Shown: positions 21,074-31,286, numbered from the stretch's first letter. The stretch: DNA of 64,000 bases from Desulfosoma sp. (GCA_037481835.1 JBBFKW010000003.1:1-64000), one strand, 5' to 3'. Notes: generated from the sequence alone by a model not told the origin. Made by a program: numbers and translations.

Positions 21074-22117
21074 CTAGAGCAGCCGTACCGGCGGATCCTC
21101 AGGGTCGCGCGCCGTGATTTCGCCGATCCGATAGGCCTTGTATCCCATGGCCGCCAAGCGGCCCAGGATGTCGTCCGAATCCGATGCGGCCACGACCATG
21201 ACGTACCCGATGCCGCAGTTGAAGACATGGTACATTTCCTCTCGAGACACTTTCCCGGCTTCCTGGAGAAAGCGGAAAACAGGCGGCAACTCCCACGAGG
21301 ACCTGTCGATCACGGCCTGGCACTGCTTGGGAAGGATCCGCGACACGTTGTCCGGAAATCCTCCTCCCGTAATATGCGCCATGCCGGCGACTTGGAATTG
21401 GCGGATGATGCGCAGCACCGCGTCGACGTAAATCCGCGTGGGTTCCAGGAGTTCTTCGGCCACCGTGCGGCCGCATTCCTCCAGGTAGCTGTCCGGCTTC
21501 AAACGCAGCTCATCGAAGACGATCCGCCGCACCAGGCTGTATCCGTTGGAATGGAGGCCGCTGGAAGCCAGCCCGATGATCTGGTGGCCGACCCGGATGG
21601 TGGTGCCGTCGATGATATCGGGGTTGTCCACGATTCCCACGGCGAAGCCGGCCATGTCGTATTCGTTTTGCCCGTAAAACCCCGGCATTTCCGCCGTTTC
21701 CCCGCCGATGAGGGAACAGTTGGCCTGCTTGCACCCCTCCACGATTCCGCGAATGATGGCCTCCACCAGGTCCAACCGGATGGATCCCATGGCCAGGTAA
21801 TCGAGAAAAAACAACGGGCGGGCTCCTTGCACGACGATGTCGTTGACGCACATGGCCACGAGATCGATGCCCACGGTGTCGTGCTTATCCGCCCAGACGG
21901 CCACCTTGAGCTTGGTGCCCACGCCGTCCGTGGAAGAAACCAAAACGGGGCTTTTCATTTGCGTGCAGTCCACGCTGTAAAGGCCGCCGAATCCCCCGAT
22001 GTCGGTGATCACGTTGGCATGGAACGTGGTCTGCACCAAGGGGCGGATTCGGGAAACCAGCGTGTTGGCTTTCTCCAGGTCGACTCCGGCATCTCGATAG
22101 CGCGATTCGTCCGCCAT
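21074..22117 (-). CDS. purM: Phosphoribosylformylglycinamidine cyclo-ligase
   Basis: YRDAGVD, TDGVGTK, GGETAEMP, GLHSNG, HITGGG. Confidence 0.97.
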   Translation of the reverse strand: MADESRYRDAGVDLEKANTLVSRIRPLVQTTFHANVITDIGGFGGLYSVDCTQMKSPVLVSSTDGVGTKLKVAVWADKHDTVGIDLVAMCVNDIVVQGARPLFFLDYLAMGSIRLDLVEAIIRGIVEGCKQANCSLIGGETAEMPGFYGQNEYDMAGFAVGIVDNPDIIDGTTIRVGHQIIGLASSGLHSNGYSLVRRIVFDELRLKPDSYLEECGRTVAEELLEPTRIYVDAVLRIIRQFQVAGMAHITGGGFPDNVSRILPKQCQAVIDRSSWELPPVFRFLQEAGKVSREEMYHVFNCGIGYVMVVAASDSDDILGRLAAMGYKAYRIGEITARDPEDPPVRLL

Positions 22118-22198
22118 AGGTTGAGGGTCCCCGTTGGGTTAGAGGTTTGGCATCCATGGCTTTGGAACGGACAAGGGTGAGCCCGGCACCGGCTTGGG

Positions 22199-22228
22199 AT
22201 TCTAAGGCGCGGCCTCCACCCGTGTCAA
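22199..22228 (-). promoter_or_regulatory. Putative sigma70 promoter of purM
   Basis: Minus strand TTGACA-N18-TAGAAT about 80 nt upstream of the purM ATG. Confidence 0.55.
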
Positions 22229-25200
22229 TCGGCCGAATGGGCGGCTCCTGCAATCGCGGTTTCCAGCCATGCCGAGAGAGCCCGGTCCAGAAGCACTTGG
22301 GCGCGACGGATATCCAGCCGGTATTTTTCCGGAATAAAGCACAGATCCACCGTCCAGATGCCCCGTACCCGATCGAGAAATGGCGATCGCTCGAGGAGGC
22401 TTTCGGGCGCATGGGCGAGATAGCTCATGACCGCGTTGAGGATGGGCTTGCAGCTCTTGATCTTGGCGTTTTGCACGCAATAGTTGTTGGCGAGAAAGCG
22501 GGGTTTCTCAAAGGGTAGACCGCCCCGGGACGCTTCTTCTAAAACGCCGTCTTGGAGAAGCCAGAAAAACGGCGCCACGACAGCCAAGCCGGCGGAAACT
22601 TCCGTTCGTCCCATCCGCTCACAGAGGGAAAGCAGGATGTCTTTGAGCTTCTCTCGATTCGGGTCCATGTCCAAAACGGGCACGGGCCCCAAGGATCGTT
22701 CCAACGGCTCGCGCACCGCCTCGGCGCACGGAGCGGCGCACACCACGGCGAGTTTGCGGCCGGCGTGCGCGGCAATGGCCTTGAGGGCTTCCACGGGAAG
22801 TTCCGTCGGATCCTTGATGACGAGCACGGTCAGGCCCAAACCGCCGTGCTGTTGAACCGGCTCGAGGGCCGTGCGCACTCTTTGGGCGTCGGGCAGAAGG
22901 CACTGGGCGATGCCGTCCAGGTCGTCCTTTTCGATAAAGGCCACTTCCGCGGCCTGGACCACATGGTCCACGGCCACCACCTGAAGAATATGCCTATGGT
23001 AATCGAAGGGCGTGTGAGGCACGGCCCATTCTTCGTAGGTCAAGATCTGCAGTTCGGTTTTCAGAGCCTGGGGCAGCCGTTCGATGCTGTCTTCCCCGCG
23101 CAGGTTTTGCTTCGGGACGATGCACGTGGTGCACCCCGCATCGGCGGCGGCTTCCAGCTTGATGGCGATGCCGCCCACGGCGGTGATCCGCCCGTGGGTG
23201 TCGATCTCTCCCGTCATGGCCACGTCCCGGCGGATGGGTTTGCCGGACAAGGCGGAAGCCAGGGCCAGCGCGATGGCGCCCCCCGCGGAAGGGCCGTCCT
23301 TTTGGGTTGAGCCGCCCATGAAGTGGAGGTGGATCGGCGAAGAGACATGGCGGGCGTCGATCTGAAGCCCTTCGGCGCACTGAAGGATACCGGTCATGGC
23401 CACCTTGCGGCTTTCGTCCATCACCTTCTGGATGTTTCCCGTGGCATGAACCAGGCTCATGTACCCTGCCGGGCTTTCCAGGGGAATTTCCGCACCGAAC
23501 CGGATGGGCGTCGCCTGGATGGGGATGACCGATCCTACCCCCAGTTCCACATTGACCCCCAAGGCAAGGATTTCTCCCACGCGGTCTTCGTCGCTGATCT
23601 TCCAGGGCCGGATGGGCGCATCCAAGTATTCCTTGATTTTTTGGCGGGTGATCCATACCGGCTTCGGAGCGCCGTTGACCAGTTCTTTTCTCTGGATTCG
23701 GAAAAAGAGCGTGCGCAGGATGCGCTCCAAGTCCCGCACGCCCGCTTCGTAGGTGTATTCCCGAACCAGGTGGCGCAGCAGGTCCTGCTCCTCGTCGGGA
23801 GGAAAGGCGATGTCGGTTTCCCGAATATCGTAGCGGGCTCTTAACCGGTCGATGAGATGATATCGGGCGATGGCCACTTTCTCTTCCACGCTGTATCGAT
23901 CCAAGAAGACGATTTCGCAGCGATTTGCCACCGCAGGGGGGACGGTTTCCAGGGTGTTGGCCGTTAGGATGAAATGGCAGTTGCTCAGGTCGATGTCCAC
24001 CGTCGTCTGCGTATACTTGTCATGGAAGAGGTGGTTTTGTTCCGGGTCGAGGATTTCCAGCAGGGTGGCGATGGCGAACTTTTCGGTCTTATCGGCTTCG
24101 TCCAGGATGAACATGCCGTTCATGCAGCCCATCTTGATCAGCCCTTGGACGATGGCTCCCGGCTTGGACCCCTCGTAGGTGAACCCATGGCCGCGAAGAT
24201 CCGATTCGTCCCGCATGCCGCCCAGAGAGATCTTGTGGTAGGGAATGCCCAGGTTCTGCGCGATGGATATGGCCAAGGATGTTTTCCCCACACCCGGAGG
24301 GCCCACAAAGAGAAAAGAACTTCCGGTGCGTTGCCAACTTTCGGCTCGGGACGGATCGAACCGGCGGTATCGGCGGATGAGGTTCGTAAAGAAGTCGCAC
24401 ACCATCTCCTTCGGGCGATCCAGCCCGTAATGCGTCCGATGGAGCCCCTCTTCGAAATCCTTCACGGTCACCTTGATGGGTTTGAGTTTTTTCCAAGGGA
24501 TGGCAAGGAGCGTTTCGATGAGTTCGCTGTATTTGGCGCCGCTGTGTCCTACGGCGAGGGTTTTGTTCTTTTCGATGATTTCGATGACCTGAGGGGGATA
24601 GGAGGGATCGGTTTTGGCTTCCTCGATGCGGTCCTTGAGACTCTTGACGACCACGGACGGCTTGGGGGCTTCGGGGGGCTTGGAAGGCACCGCCTTGGGG
24701 ATCGGCCCGGGTTTTTGCAGGAACATTTTGCAGTGCGTGGCAAAGAGCCCGAAAAGGGCGTCGTCGTCCTTGCGTTCCACCTCTTCTTGAGGGACGCCCA
24801 GTTCGTGGAACAAACCCCAGAGGCCCCAACGGTCTCGGAAGGCCATGAGGGTTTTCGGGGCATCGACGGGATCCGCTTCCAAGATCTTGTCGAAACCGTA
24901 AAAGAGTTTGTGCAAGAAGGCCGTGCGTTGTACGAGGGACAAAAGGGTCTGGCGGCTGCGGTTCCAGCATTCCCCCAGAGCCTGGACTCGGCAGTCGGCA
25001 TCCAAGCCGATGAGCACTTGGGCGAAAAGCTCTTCGCCCACATCGGCGAGCCACGAACAGGCCCTGAGAGCCATGCGGTAGACCACGGATTCGATGGGAG
25101 AGCCTTTGGCCGCCGCATCGAAAAGACTCAAATAGTCCGCGCCCTTGATTCCCACCATCTCGTCGCCCAGGATGTGCACCAGGAGGCGATAGAACGTGGG

Positions 25201-25674
25201 ATCGTCTTCCGCCTTTTCCAGGGCGAAAGCCACGTCGGCTTCGATCACAGCCGTTTCCCCGGTCTTGGGGTATAGAAGGTGTTCCATCTGGTGCCTGAGG
25301 AGGAATTCGGCAAAAGCCAAAGCCCGGCGTTCCTCGTCGGTGCCTTCCGTGACCAAACCCTTGGAATCGGTCGGGAGCACGAAGGCCAAGTAGTCGAACA
25401 GCCGCTCATGCACGGCAATAACCCATTGCTCCTCGCGCCGAAAGAGAAGACTCAGGGGGGCGATGACACGCTGGTCGTCTTCCAGGCGTTCGATGCGCGT
25501 GCGGTCCATAACCAGGGCGCTGTGCCGGGGGTCCGTGCCGCGTCGCGTCCGGAAATGGGGGACGACCCGCCCTTCCAGGATGGTTTTCAAAACCCCAATG
25601 ACTCGGGCGATGTCTTCGTCTTCAGGGTAAGGCAACCCCTCGAGCACCTGTCGGTCAAAGGTCACCGGAAACAT
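22225..25674 (-). CDS. Lon-like ATP-dependent S16 protease with non-canonical N- and C-terminal domains
   Basis: Walker A GPPGVGKTS, Walker B ILDEADK, LLEILDPEQN, catalytic KDGPSAG and VGGIAIK; RBS GAGGAGG. Confidence 0.88.
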   Translation of the reverse strand: MFPVTFDRQVLEGLPYPEDEDIARVIGVLKTILEGRVVPHFRTRRGTDPRHSALVMDRTRIERLEDDQRVIAPLSLLFRREEQWVIAVHERLFDYLAFVLPTDSKGLVTEGTDEERRALAFAEFLLRHQMEHLLYPKTGETAVIEADVAFALEKAEDDPTFYRLLVHILGDEMVGIKGADYLSLFDAAAKGSPIESVVYRMALRACSWLADVGEELFAQVLIGLDADCRVQALGECWNRSRQTLLSLVQRTAFLHKLFYGFDKILEADPVDAPKTLMAFRDRWGLWGLFHELGVPQEEVERKDDDALFGLFATHCKMFLQKPGPIPKAVPSKPPEAPKPSVVVKSLKDRIEEAKTDPSYPPQVIEIIEKNKTLAVGHSGAKYSELIETLLAIPWKKLKPIKVTVKDFEEGLHRTHYGLDRPKEMVCDFFTNLIRRYRRFDPSRAESWQRTGSSFLFVGPPGVGKTSLAISIAQNLGIPYHKISLGGMRDESDLRGHGFTYEGSKPGAIVQGLIKMGCMNGMFILDEADKTEKFAIATLLEILDPEQNHLFHDKYTQTTVDIDLSNCHFILTANTLETVPPAVANRCEIVFLDRYSVEEKVAIARYHLIDRLRARYDIRETDIAFPPDEEQDLLRHLVREYTYEAGVRDLERILRTLFFRIQRKELVNGAPKPVWITRQKIKEYLDAPIRPWKISDEDRVGEILALGVNVELGVGSVIPIQATPIRFGAEIPLESPAGYMSLVHATGNIQKVMDESRKVAMTGILQCAEGLQIDARHVSSPIHLHFMGGSTQKDGPSAGGAIALALASALSGKPIRRDVAMTGEIDTHGRITAVGGIAIKLEAAADAGCTTCIVPKQNLRGEDSIERLPQALKTELQILTYEEWAVPHTPFDYHRHILQVVAVDHVVQAAEVAFIEKDDLDGIAQCLLPDAQRVRTALEPVQQHGGLGLTVLVIKDPTELPVEALKAIAAHAGRKLAVVCAAPCAEAVREPLERSLGPVPVLDMDPNREKLKDILLSLCERMGRTEVSAGLAVVAPFFWLLQDGVLEEASRGGLPFEKPRFLANNYCVQNAKIKSCKPILNAVMSYLAHAPESLLERSPFLDRVRGIWTVDLCFIPEKYRLDIRRAQVLLDRALSAWLETAIAGAAHSAD

Positions 25675-25691
25675 GACGCCTCCTCATGGGC

Positions 25692-26144
25692 TTACTGGAC
25701 CACCCAGACCGTGCATTCCCGGGCTTCTCGAATGATTTTGCTGGAAACACTGCCGAAAAGGAACTCTTCGCGTTTGCTCATGCCGCGCCGCCCTACCACC
25801 ACCGTGTGATACCCGCCCCGCCTCTGCTCATCCAGGAGAGCGCTCGAAACATTCTCGCCCGGGTCGCACACCTGGATTTTCAAAGCGATGCGATCCGGCG
25901 GGACGCCGATTTCCGCAAGGCGCGCCGCCATGGCTTCCAGTTGCCGGTGCGCACGGCGGTGTCTCTTGTCCAGCTCTTGTTCTCTTTGGGCCGCGTCCGG
26001 GTAGATGTCGGGCTGGGGGCCGACCAAAACATGAAAGAGGGTGATGGCGGCGTCATCGTGGGGCCGGAGCATGGCACCCACGTAGTCCACCGCTCTTTGG
26101 GCGTTGGCCGAACAATCGATTCCCACAAGGATCCTATGACCCAT
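25692..26144 (-). CDS. Universal stress protein
   Basis: ILVGID.S, VVVGRRG...GSVS; RBS GGAGG before ATG 26144. Confidence 0.9.
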   Translation of the reverse strand: MGHRILVGIDCSANAQRAVDYVGAMLRPHDDAAITLFHVLVGPQPDIYPDAAQREQELDKRHRRAHRQLEAMAARLAEIGVPPDRIALKIQVCDPGENVSSALLDEQRRGGYHTVVVGRRGMSKREEFLFGSVSSKIIREARECTVWVVQ

Positions 26145-27120
26145 AGGGCACCTCCCACAGAAACGATCGAAAGGCAATCTCCAGGTCCTCGATGAATTCG
26201 TGGGCCGATTCGTAAAAGACCTCCGCCCCGGCGGCGAAATGCATGAGCACCTTGTTCAAGGTTTCCCGGACGTAGGGGAAAATCTTTTTAAGGTTCATCA
26301 GGCGGTTGGGGAAGAAGAGAGAAAAGTCTTCCTCGCGCAGATCCGAAAGCACGCTGTGAAAGGCCGATCGGGAGGATTTAAGATCATGAAGGGTGTGGAA
26401 TCCTTTGCCCGCCGCAAACAGGAGGATGTTTCCCAGCCCGAAAAGATCCACGCCGTAAGGCTGACCCGGCCATTCGTAAGTGTAGTCGAAGTCGATCCAG
26501 CGGTAGCGCCCGCCGTCGTGCTCGATGAGGAGGTGATCGTTCCGGATGTCCCCGTGGATTTCCCCCATCTGGTGCAGGTCCTTGATGGCGTAGAAAGCCT
26601 TCATGAGGTTGGAAAAGATGCCGGGAAACACTTCGTAGTAGTACGTCTCGTGGTCCATTTCCAGTGAGTGGATCAAGTCGTAGAAGGTCTTTGCCGCAAT
26701 GCGTTCGATGACCCGCACGGGATTTCCCGCATCGTCGTAAAGCGTGTGGCCTTGCATGAACCGCGTGTCGCCCGCCGTGCGTTCCAGGATCCTGGATTCC
26801 TTGTGGGGACTGCGAAAGCACCGGATGCGTTCCTCGCCGAGGTGCATGAAGAAGGATTCAAAGAAGGCGAGCTTGAGAATTTTTGAGGTGCCGTCGTGGA
26901 GGTCGATGACACGCTTGACCCAGAACTTGGGTTCTCCGTCCAAGCCGAACCGGCCTTCGAATTCTTCCCCTTTGACGTAAAACAGCCGGCCTTCCACCGC
27001 AATGCAGTCGCCGGCCTTGATGTCCATGAACTGGGTGGTGTCCGTGTGGATGCGGATCTTTTCAGGAACGGCAAAAGGCGTGTGGGAGCGAATGAGATCG
27101 CGCACGTGGGCGGGGAACAT
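26134..27120 (-). CDS. Atypical protein kinase-like protein
   Basis: beta3 Lys (KILKL), alphaC Glu (KE), catalytic loop HGDIRNDH, DFD, later D.FGLG. Confidence 0.7.
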   Translation of the reverse strand: MFPAHVRDLIRSHTPFAVPEKIRIHTDTTQFMDIKAGDCIAVEGRLFYVKGEEFEGRFGLDGEPKFWVKRVIDLHDGTSKILKLAFFESFFMHLGEERIRCFRSPHKESRILERTAGDTRFMQGHTLYDDAGNPVRVIERIAAKTFYDLIHSLEMDHETYYYEVFPGIFSNLMKAFYAIKDLHQMGEIHGDIRNDHLLIEHDGGRYRWIDFDYTYEWPGQPYGVDLFGLGNILLFAAGKGFHTLHDLKSSRSAFHSVLSDLREEDFSLFFPNRLMNLKKIFPYVRETLNKVLMHFAAGAEVFYESAHEFIEDLEIAFRSFLWEVPYGS

Positions 27121-27147
27121 GGGCGTCGGGGTCCTTTCTGCGTTTCG

Positions 27148-28500
27148 TTAGCCGGGGAACGACTCCCGCTTGAGCACGGCTCGAGCGGCCAGCATGCCGC
27201 TTACGGACGCCTGCAGGAGCCCTCGGGTGATGCCCGCGCCGTCGCCTGCGGCGAACAGGTTGCGCACGGGGGTTTCCAAATCTTCACTGAGCTGGATGCG
27301 GTGGGAATAGAACTTGACTTCGACGCCGTAGAGCAGCGTATGACGCGACGCGGTTCCCGGGGCGATCTTGTCCAGCGCGTGCAGCATTTCCACAATACCC
27401 AACAAGTGGCGATAGGGGAACACGTAGCTCAAATCCCCGGGAACGGCTTCGGGCAGGGTCGGGCGCGTGAGGCATCGGGCGAGTCGCTCCCGGGTGCTTC
27501 GGCGTCCCGCCATGAGGTCTCCCAGGCGCTGGACAATAACGCCCTTACCCAGCAGGTTAGCGAGCCTCGCGATATAGCGCCCGTACGCGATGGGATCATC
27601 GAAGGGTTCCGTAAACGCGCTGCTCACCAGCAGGGCGAAGTTGGTGTTGGAGGTTTTCTTCCCGGCGTAGCTATGGCCGTTGACGGTAATCATGGAGCCG
27701 TTGCGTTCTTGAACGACCTCTCCGTACGGGTTCATGCAGAAGGTGCGTACTTTGTCGTCGAAGGTTTTGGTGTAGTAGACGAGTTTGGATTCGTAAGTGA
27801 TGTCCGTGATTTCCTTGAAAACCACGGCGGGCAGTTCCACGCGCACGCCGATATCCACGGGACTTGCCCGGCTCGGAATCCCAAGGTTTCGAGCCTGCTC
27901 CTTCATCCACGGGGCGCCGGATCGGCCCGGGGCGGCGATGACGTACCGGCACCGGACCACCCTCCCGTCGGAAAGTTCCACGGCGCGCACCGCACCCTCA
28001 TCCGCCAGGATTTTCACGGCCTGGCAATTGGTGCGAATGTCCACGGACCGCCCGACCGCTTCTTTAAGCCGTTCCAGGACCACGAGGCAATTTTCCGTCC
28101 CGATATGCCGCACGGTCATGGGGATGAGTTCCAAATCGGCGAGTCGGGCCCGGTCGGCGAGGGCTTCGATTTCCGGCGTCATGCCGCCGTAGAGGCGGTC
28201 GGGAGCCCCGAACCGCACGTAAATCCCGTCGGCTTCGGCCATGAGGTCCTTGAGCGCCGCAATGCCCACAAGGTCGCCGAGAAAGCCGCCCACCTCGGGC
28301 GACAGGGTGAGCTTGCCGTCGCTGAAAGCGCCTGCTCCGCCCCAGCCGCAGAGCATGTCATTGGCCCCGTGGCGCTTGCGGTCCTTGATGTCCTTGCCTT
28401 GTTCCACGAGAAGAACCGGGGACAGGCCCGCTTCGGAGAGCGTCAGGGCGGCGAAGATGCCCGCCGGGCCCGCTCCGATGATGACCACCTTGTAATCCAT
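27148..28500 (-). CDS. NAD(P)/FAD-dependent oxidoreductase
   Basis: IIGAGPAG, GWGGAGAFSDGK, RTFCMNP, AGDGAG. Confidence 0.88.
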   Translation of the reverse strand: MDYKVVIIGAGPAGIFAALTLSEAGLSPVLLVEQGKDIKDRKRHGANDMLCGWGGAGAFSDGKLTLSPEVGGFLGDLVGIAALKDLMAEADGIYVRFGAPDRLYGGMTPEIEALADRARLADLELIPMTVRHIGTENCLVVLERLKEAVGRSVDIRTNCQAVKILADEGAVRAVELSDGRVVRCRYVIAAPGRSGAPWMKEQARNLGIPSRASPVDIGVRVELPAVVFKEITDITYESKLVYYTKTFDDKVRTFCMNPYGEVVQERNGSMITVNGHSYAGKKTSNTNFALLVSSAFTEPFDDPIAYGRYIARLANLLGKGVIVQRLGDLMAGRRSTRERLARCLTRPTLPEAVPGDLSYVFPYRHLLGIVEMLHALDKIAPGTASRHTLLYGVEVKFYSHRIQLSEDLETPVRNLFAAGDGAGITRGLLQASVSGMLAARAVLKRESFPG

Positions 28501-28680
28501 CGCCGCACTGTCCTTTCAGGCCGCTTCGGTCTTGATTCCGCATGGATTGCCTTCAGACTATCAAAGGAGAAAACGCGCGGCCAAGGTATTTCTTCCATTC
28601 TTCCGGCCGACAATCCGATTGACAGAACCAGGAGGTCTATTAGAAAGCATGAGGCGGCCGAAAGGACGGAGCAGAAAGGC

Positions 28681-30003
28681 GTGCGGGAAAAGAACCAAGA
28701 CCTTGGGAAAGAAACAGCGAGGCGAAAGCGGCTGCGCACGGGATTCAGCACGGGAACCGCCATGACCGCGGCGGCCCGTGCGGCCCTGCGAACTGTCCTC
28801 ACGGGGGAAGCCCCGTCGTGGATCGCCGTTCGCCTGCCTGTCGGCTATTATTTGGCCGTGCCCGCGACGATCCTCGAGGCCACGGGGCTGCAAGCCCGAG
28901 CCCAGGTCATCAAGGACGCCGGGGACGACCCGGACGTGACGCATCGGGCGGCCATCCACGTCCGAGTGGCGATCACAGCCACAGACCCGAATGGAGGGGA
29001 AGATGCCTGCGCGCACCCTCAGGAATCTTCAGGCGGGGACACGGGGGCGGGAATCCGCCTTTATGCGGGACCCGGCGTGGGCGTGGTGACCAAGCCGGGC
29101 CTTCCGGTCCCCGTGGGAGAAGTCGCGGTCAATCCCGTGCCGCGGCAGATGCTCGCGGAAAACATGGCCGAAGAACTGAAGCGGTGGGCTCGGGCGCTGC
29201 CTCCGGAAGGCCTCCGAATGGCCGATCTTTCCCAATTCGGGTTTGGCGCGTTGGGCCAAAAACACTCCATCCGGCTGGCGCTCCCGCACATTCCGGGGCT
29301 TTCGGAGCCCGTGGTCCTCCACGTGATGGTTTCCATCCCGCAAGGGGAAGAGCTCGCCCGCCGCACCCTCAACCCGCGCTTGGGCATCCAGGGGGGATTG
29401 TCGATTTTAGGCACCACAGGGCTTGTGAGGCCTCTTTCCCACGAGGCGTACGAAGAAACCATCGCGGCGGCGCTGGCCGTCGCCAAGGCCGGCGGATGCC
29501 GAACCGTGGTGCTCAGCACGGGAGGCAAGAGCGAAAAACTCGCCCGAAAAATCCTTGGCGACGAACCCAATGAAGCCTTCGTGCAGATCGCCGATTTTTT
29601 CGCCTTCGCCGTGAGGCAGGCGGCCCGATTGGCGTTCGACACCGTGGTGCACAGCGTCTTTTTCGGAAAAGCCGTGAAGATGGCTTCCGGTTTGCCGTAC
29701 ACGCACGCTCACAAAGCCGCCATGGACTTGAAGGTCCTGGTTCGATGCGGGGATCGGGTCGGGTTGGAGCGTTGGATTCTGGAAAGGATCGCTCAAGCCA
29801 ATACGGCCCGGCACGCTTTGGAAATCCTTCTCGAAAACGGGGCTCGGGACGTGGCCGGTGCCGTGGCCGAAGAAGCCCTAAGTTGGTCGCGCCGGTTTGC
29901 CGGAACGGGCGTGCGCCGCCTGAGGCTCCTTCTTTTCGACTATGAGGGGCGGATCCTGGCCGATACGACGCAGGAGAGCGGCCCTGAGGAGCACAGGGGA
30001 TGA
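28681..30003 (+). CDS. cbiD: Cobalt-precorrin-5B C1-methyltransferase
   Basis: LRTGFSTGT, KDAGDDPDVTH, GVVTKPGL, TLNPRLGI.GGLSILGTTG; start approximate (GTG 28681). Confidence 0.93.
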   Translation: MREKNQDLGKETARRKRLRTGFSTGTAMTAAARAALRTVLTGEAPSWIAVRLPVGYYLAVPATILEATGLQARAQVIKDAGDDPDVTHRAAIHVRVAITATDPNGGEDACAHPQESSGGDTGAGIRLYAGPGVGVVTKPGLPVPVGEVAVNPVPRQMLAENMAEELKRWARALPPEGLRMADLSQFGFGALGQKHSIRLALPHIPGLSEPVVLHVMVSIPQGEELARRTLNPRLGIQGGLSILGTTGLVRPLSHEAYEETIAAALAVAKAGGCRTVVLSTGGKSEKLARKILGDEPNEAFVQIADFFAFAVRQAARLAFDTVVHSVFFGKAVKMASGLPYTHAHKAAMDLKVLVRCGDRVGLERWILERIAQANTARHALEILLENGARDVAGAVAEEALSWSRRFAGTGVRRLRLLLFDYEGRILADTTQESGPEEHRG

Positions 30004-31286
30004 GGCCGGATCCGGAAAAATGGACGCCGCCTTTGATCGCCGTTGTGGGGATCGGCACCGGGGGCGGCATCTTAACCGTGGAAGCCCTCCGGTGGATCGA
30101 ACGGGCTGAGGTGCTCGCGGGCGGGATCCGGCACTTGGATTTTTTCCGCGATCATCCGGGAGAAAGGATTTCCGTTCGCGGACCGCTGGAAGCCGTCCTG
30201 GAAGCCGTCGATGCCGCATCCGTCCGACGACGCGTCGCGGTTCTGGCTTCTGGAGATCCATTGTTTTTCGGGATCGGCAGAGCGCTGTCGGCCAGGTTTC
30301 CCCGCGAGCGATTGTACTTCATTCCAGGGCCCACATCCGTCCAAGCCCTTTGCGCCGCTTTGGGCCGATCCTGGGACGATGTGCAGGTATTCAGCCTCCA
30401 CGGCCGCGACCCTTCCTTTGAATGGATGTGGTATCTGCGCCAGGGCCGTGCCGTGGCTTTCCTCACGGACAAAGAGCACCCTCCCGGGTGGATCGCCGCC
30501 CGGTTGCACCAAGCCGGCTTCGAGGACCACCTGGTCTACGTCGGCGAAGATTTGGGACTGCCGGCTGAAAGGATCACCGTCTGGACGCCCGAGGAAGCTT
30601 CCGGCAAGGATTTCTCTCCGCTCAACGTTGTCCTTGTGACTCCGCCTCAAAACGCTTCACCTTTCGGGGCAGCCTTCGACGGCGGTTTACCGGCCCGGCC
30701 CTCCAAGGATGCGCGACCGGCCCCGGACGACGCCGATTTCCTTCACCGGGAAGGGCTCATCACCAAGAAGGAAGTGCGCAGCGTGGCCGTGTCTTTACTC
30801 CGACTCGCGCCCGGTCATGTCTTCTGGGATCTCGGGGCGGGAAGCGGGGCCGTCTCCGTGGAAGCGGCCTTGCTGTGCCCGTTGCGGAGCGCCTGGGCTG
30901 TGGAAAAGGTCCGGGAAAGAGCGGAGGACATCCGGGCCAACGTGCGGCGGTTTCGCTGCGGAGAAATTCACGTGGTGGTTGATGACGCCCTGAAGGCCGC
31001 TTCCTCCCTGCCCGCTCCGAATCGCGTCTTCGTGGGGGGCTCGGGGGGCGCTCTGGGTCCCCTTCTCCAAGCGATATGGGCACGGTTGGCTCCCTTCGGC
31101 CGGGTTGTCGTCTCCGCCGTGACGGTGCGCACCCTTGCCGAGGTTGAGGCTTTTGCGGCATTGGAAAACGTGCGCCTGGAAGCGGTCCAGGTGCAGGTGA
31201 GCCGAGGGATACCCATCGGGTCGAGCCTGCGGTTCGAGGCTTTGAATCCCGTGTTTCTGTGCGCCATGGAAAAGAGCGGCCCGTGA
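30000..31286 (+). CDS. cbiET: Precorrin-6Y C5,15-methyltransferase, CbiE-CbiT fusion
   Basis: LASGDPLFFGIG, SLHGR, ITKKEVR, WDLGAGSG. Confidence 0.92.
   Translation: MRPDPEKWTPPLIAVVGIGTGGGILTVEALRWIERAEVLAGGIRHLDFFRDHPGERISVRGPLEAVLEAVDAASVRRRVAVLASGDPLFFGIGRALSARFPRERLYFIPGPTSVQALCAALGRSWDDVQVFSLHGRDPSFEWMWYLRQGRAVAFLTDKEHPPGWIAARLHQAGFEDHLVYVGEDLGLPAERITVWTPEEASGKDFSPLNVVLVTPPQNASPFGAAFDGGLPARPSKDARPAPDDADFLHREGLITKKEVRSVAVSLLRLAPGHVFWDLGAGSGAVSVEAALLCPLRSAWAVEKVRERAEDIRANVRRFRCGEIHVVVDDALKAASSLPAPNRVFVGGSGGALGPLLQAIWARLAPFGRVVVSAVTVRTLAEVEAFAALENVRLEAVQVQVSRGIPIGSSLRFEALNPVFLCAMEKSGP

Noticed and set aside
26896..30003. 1035-aa ORF suggesting a giant CbiD fusion
   Set aside because: The first ~595 codons are mostly the antisense shadow of the FAD oxidoreductase and kinase genes; CbiD homology starts near 28681.
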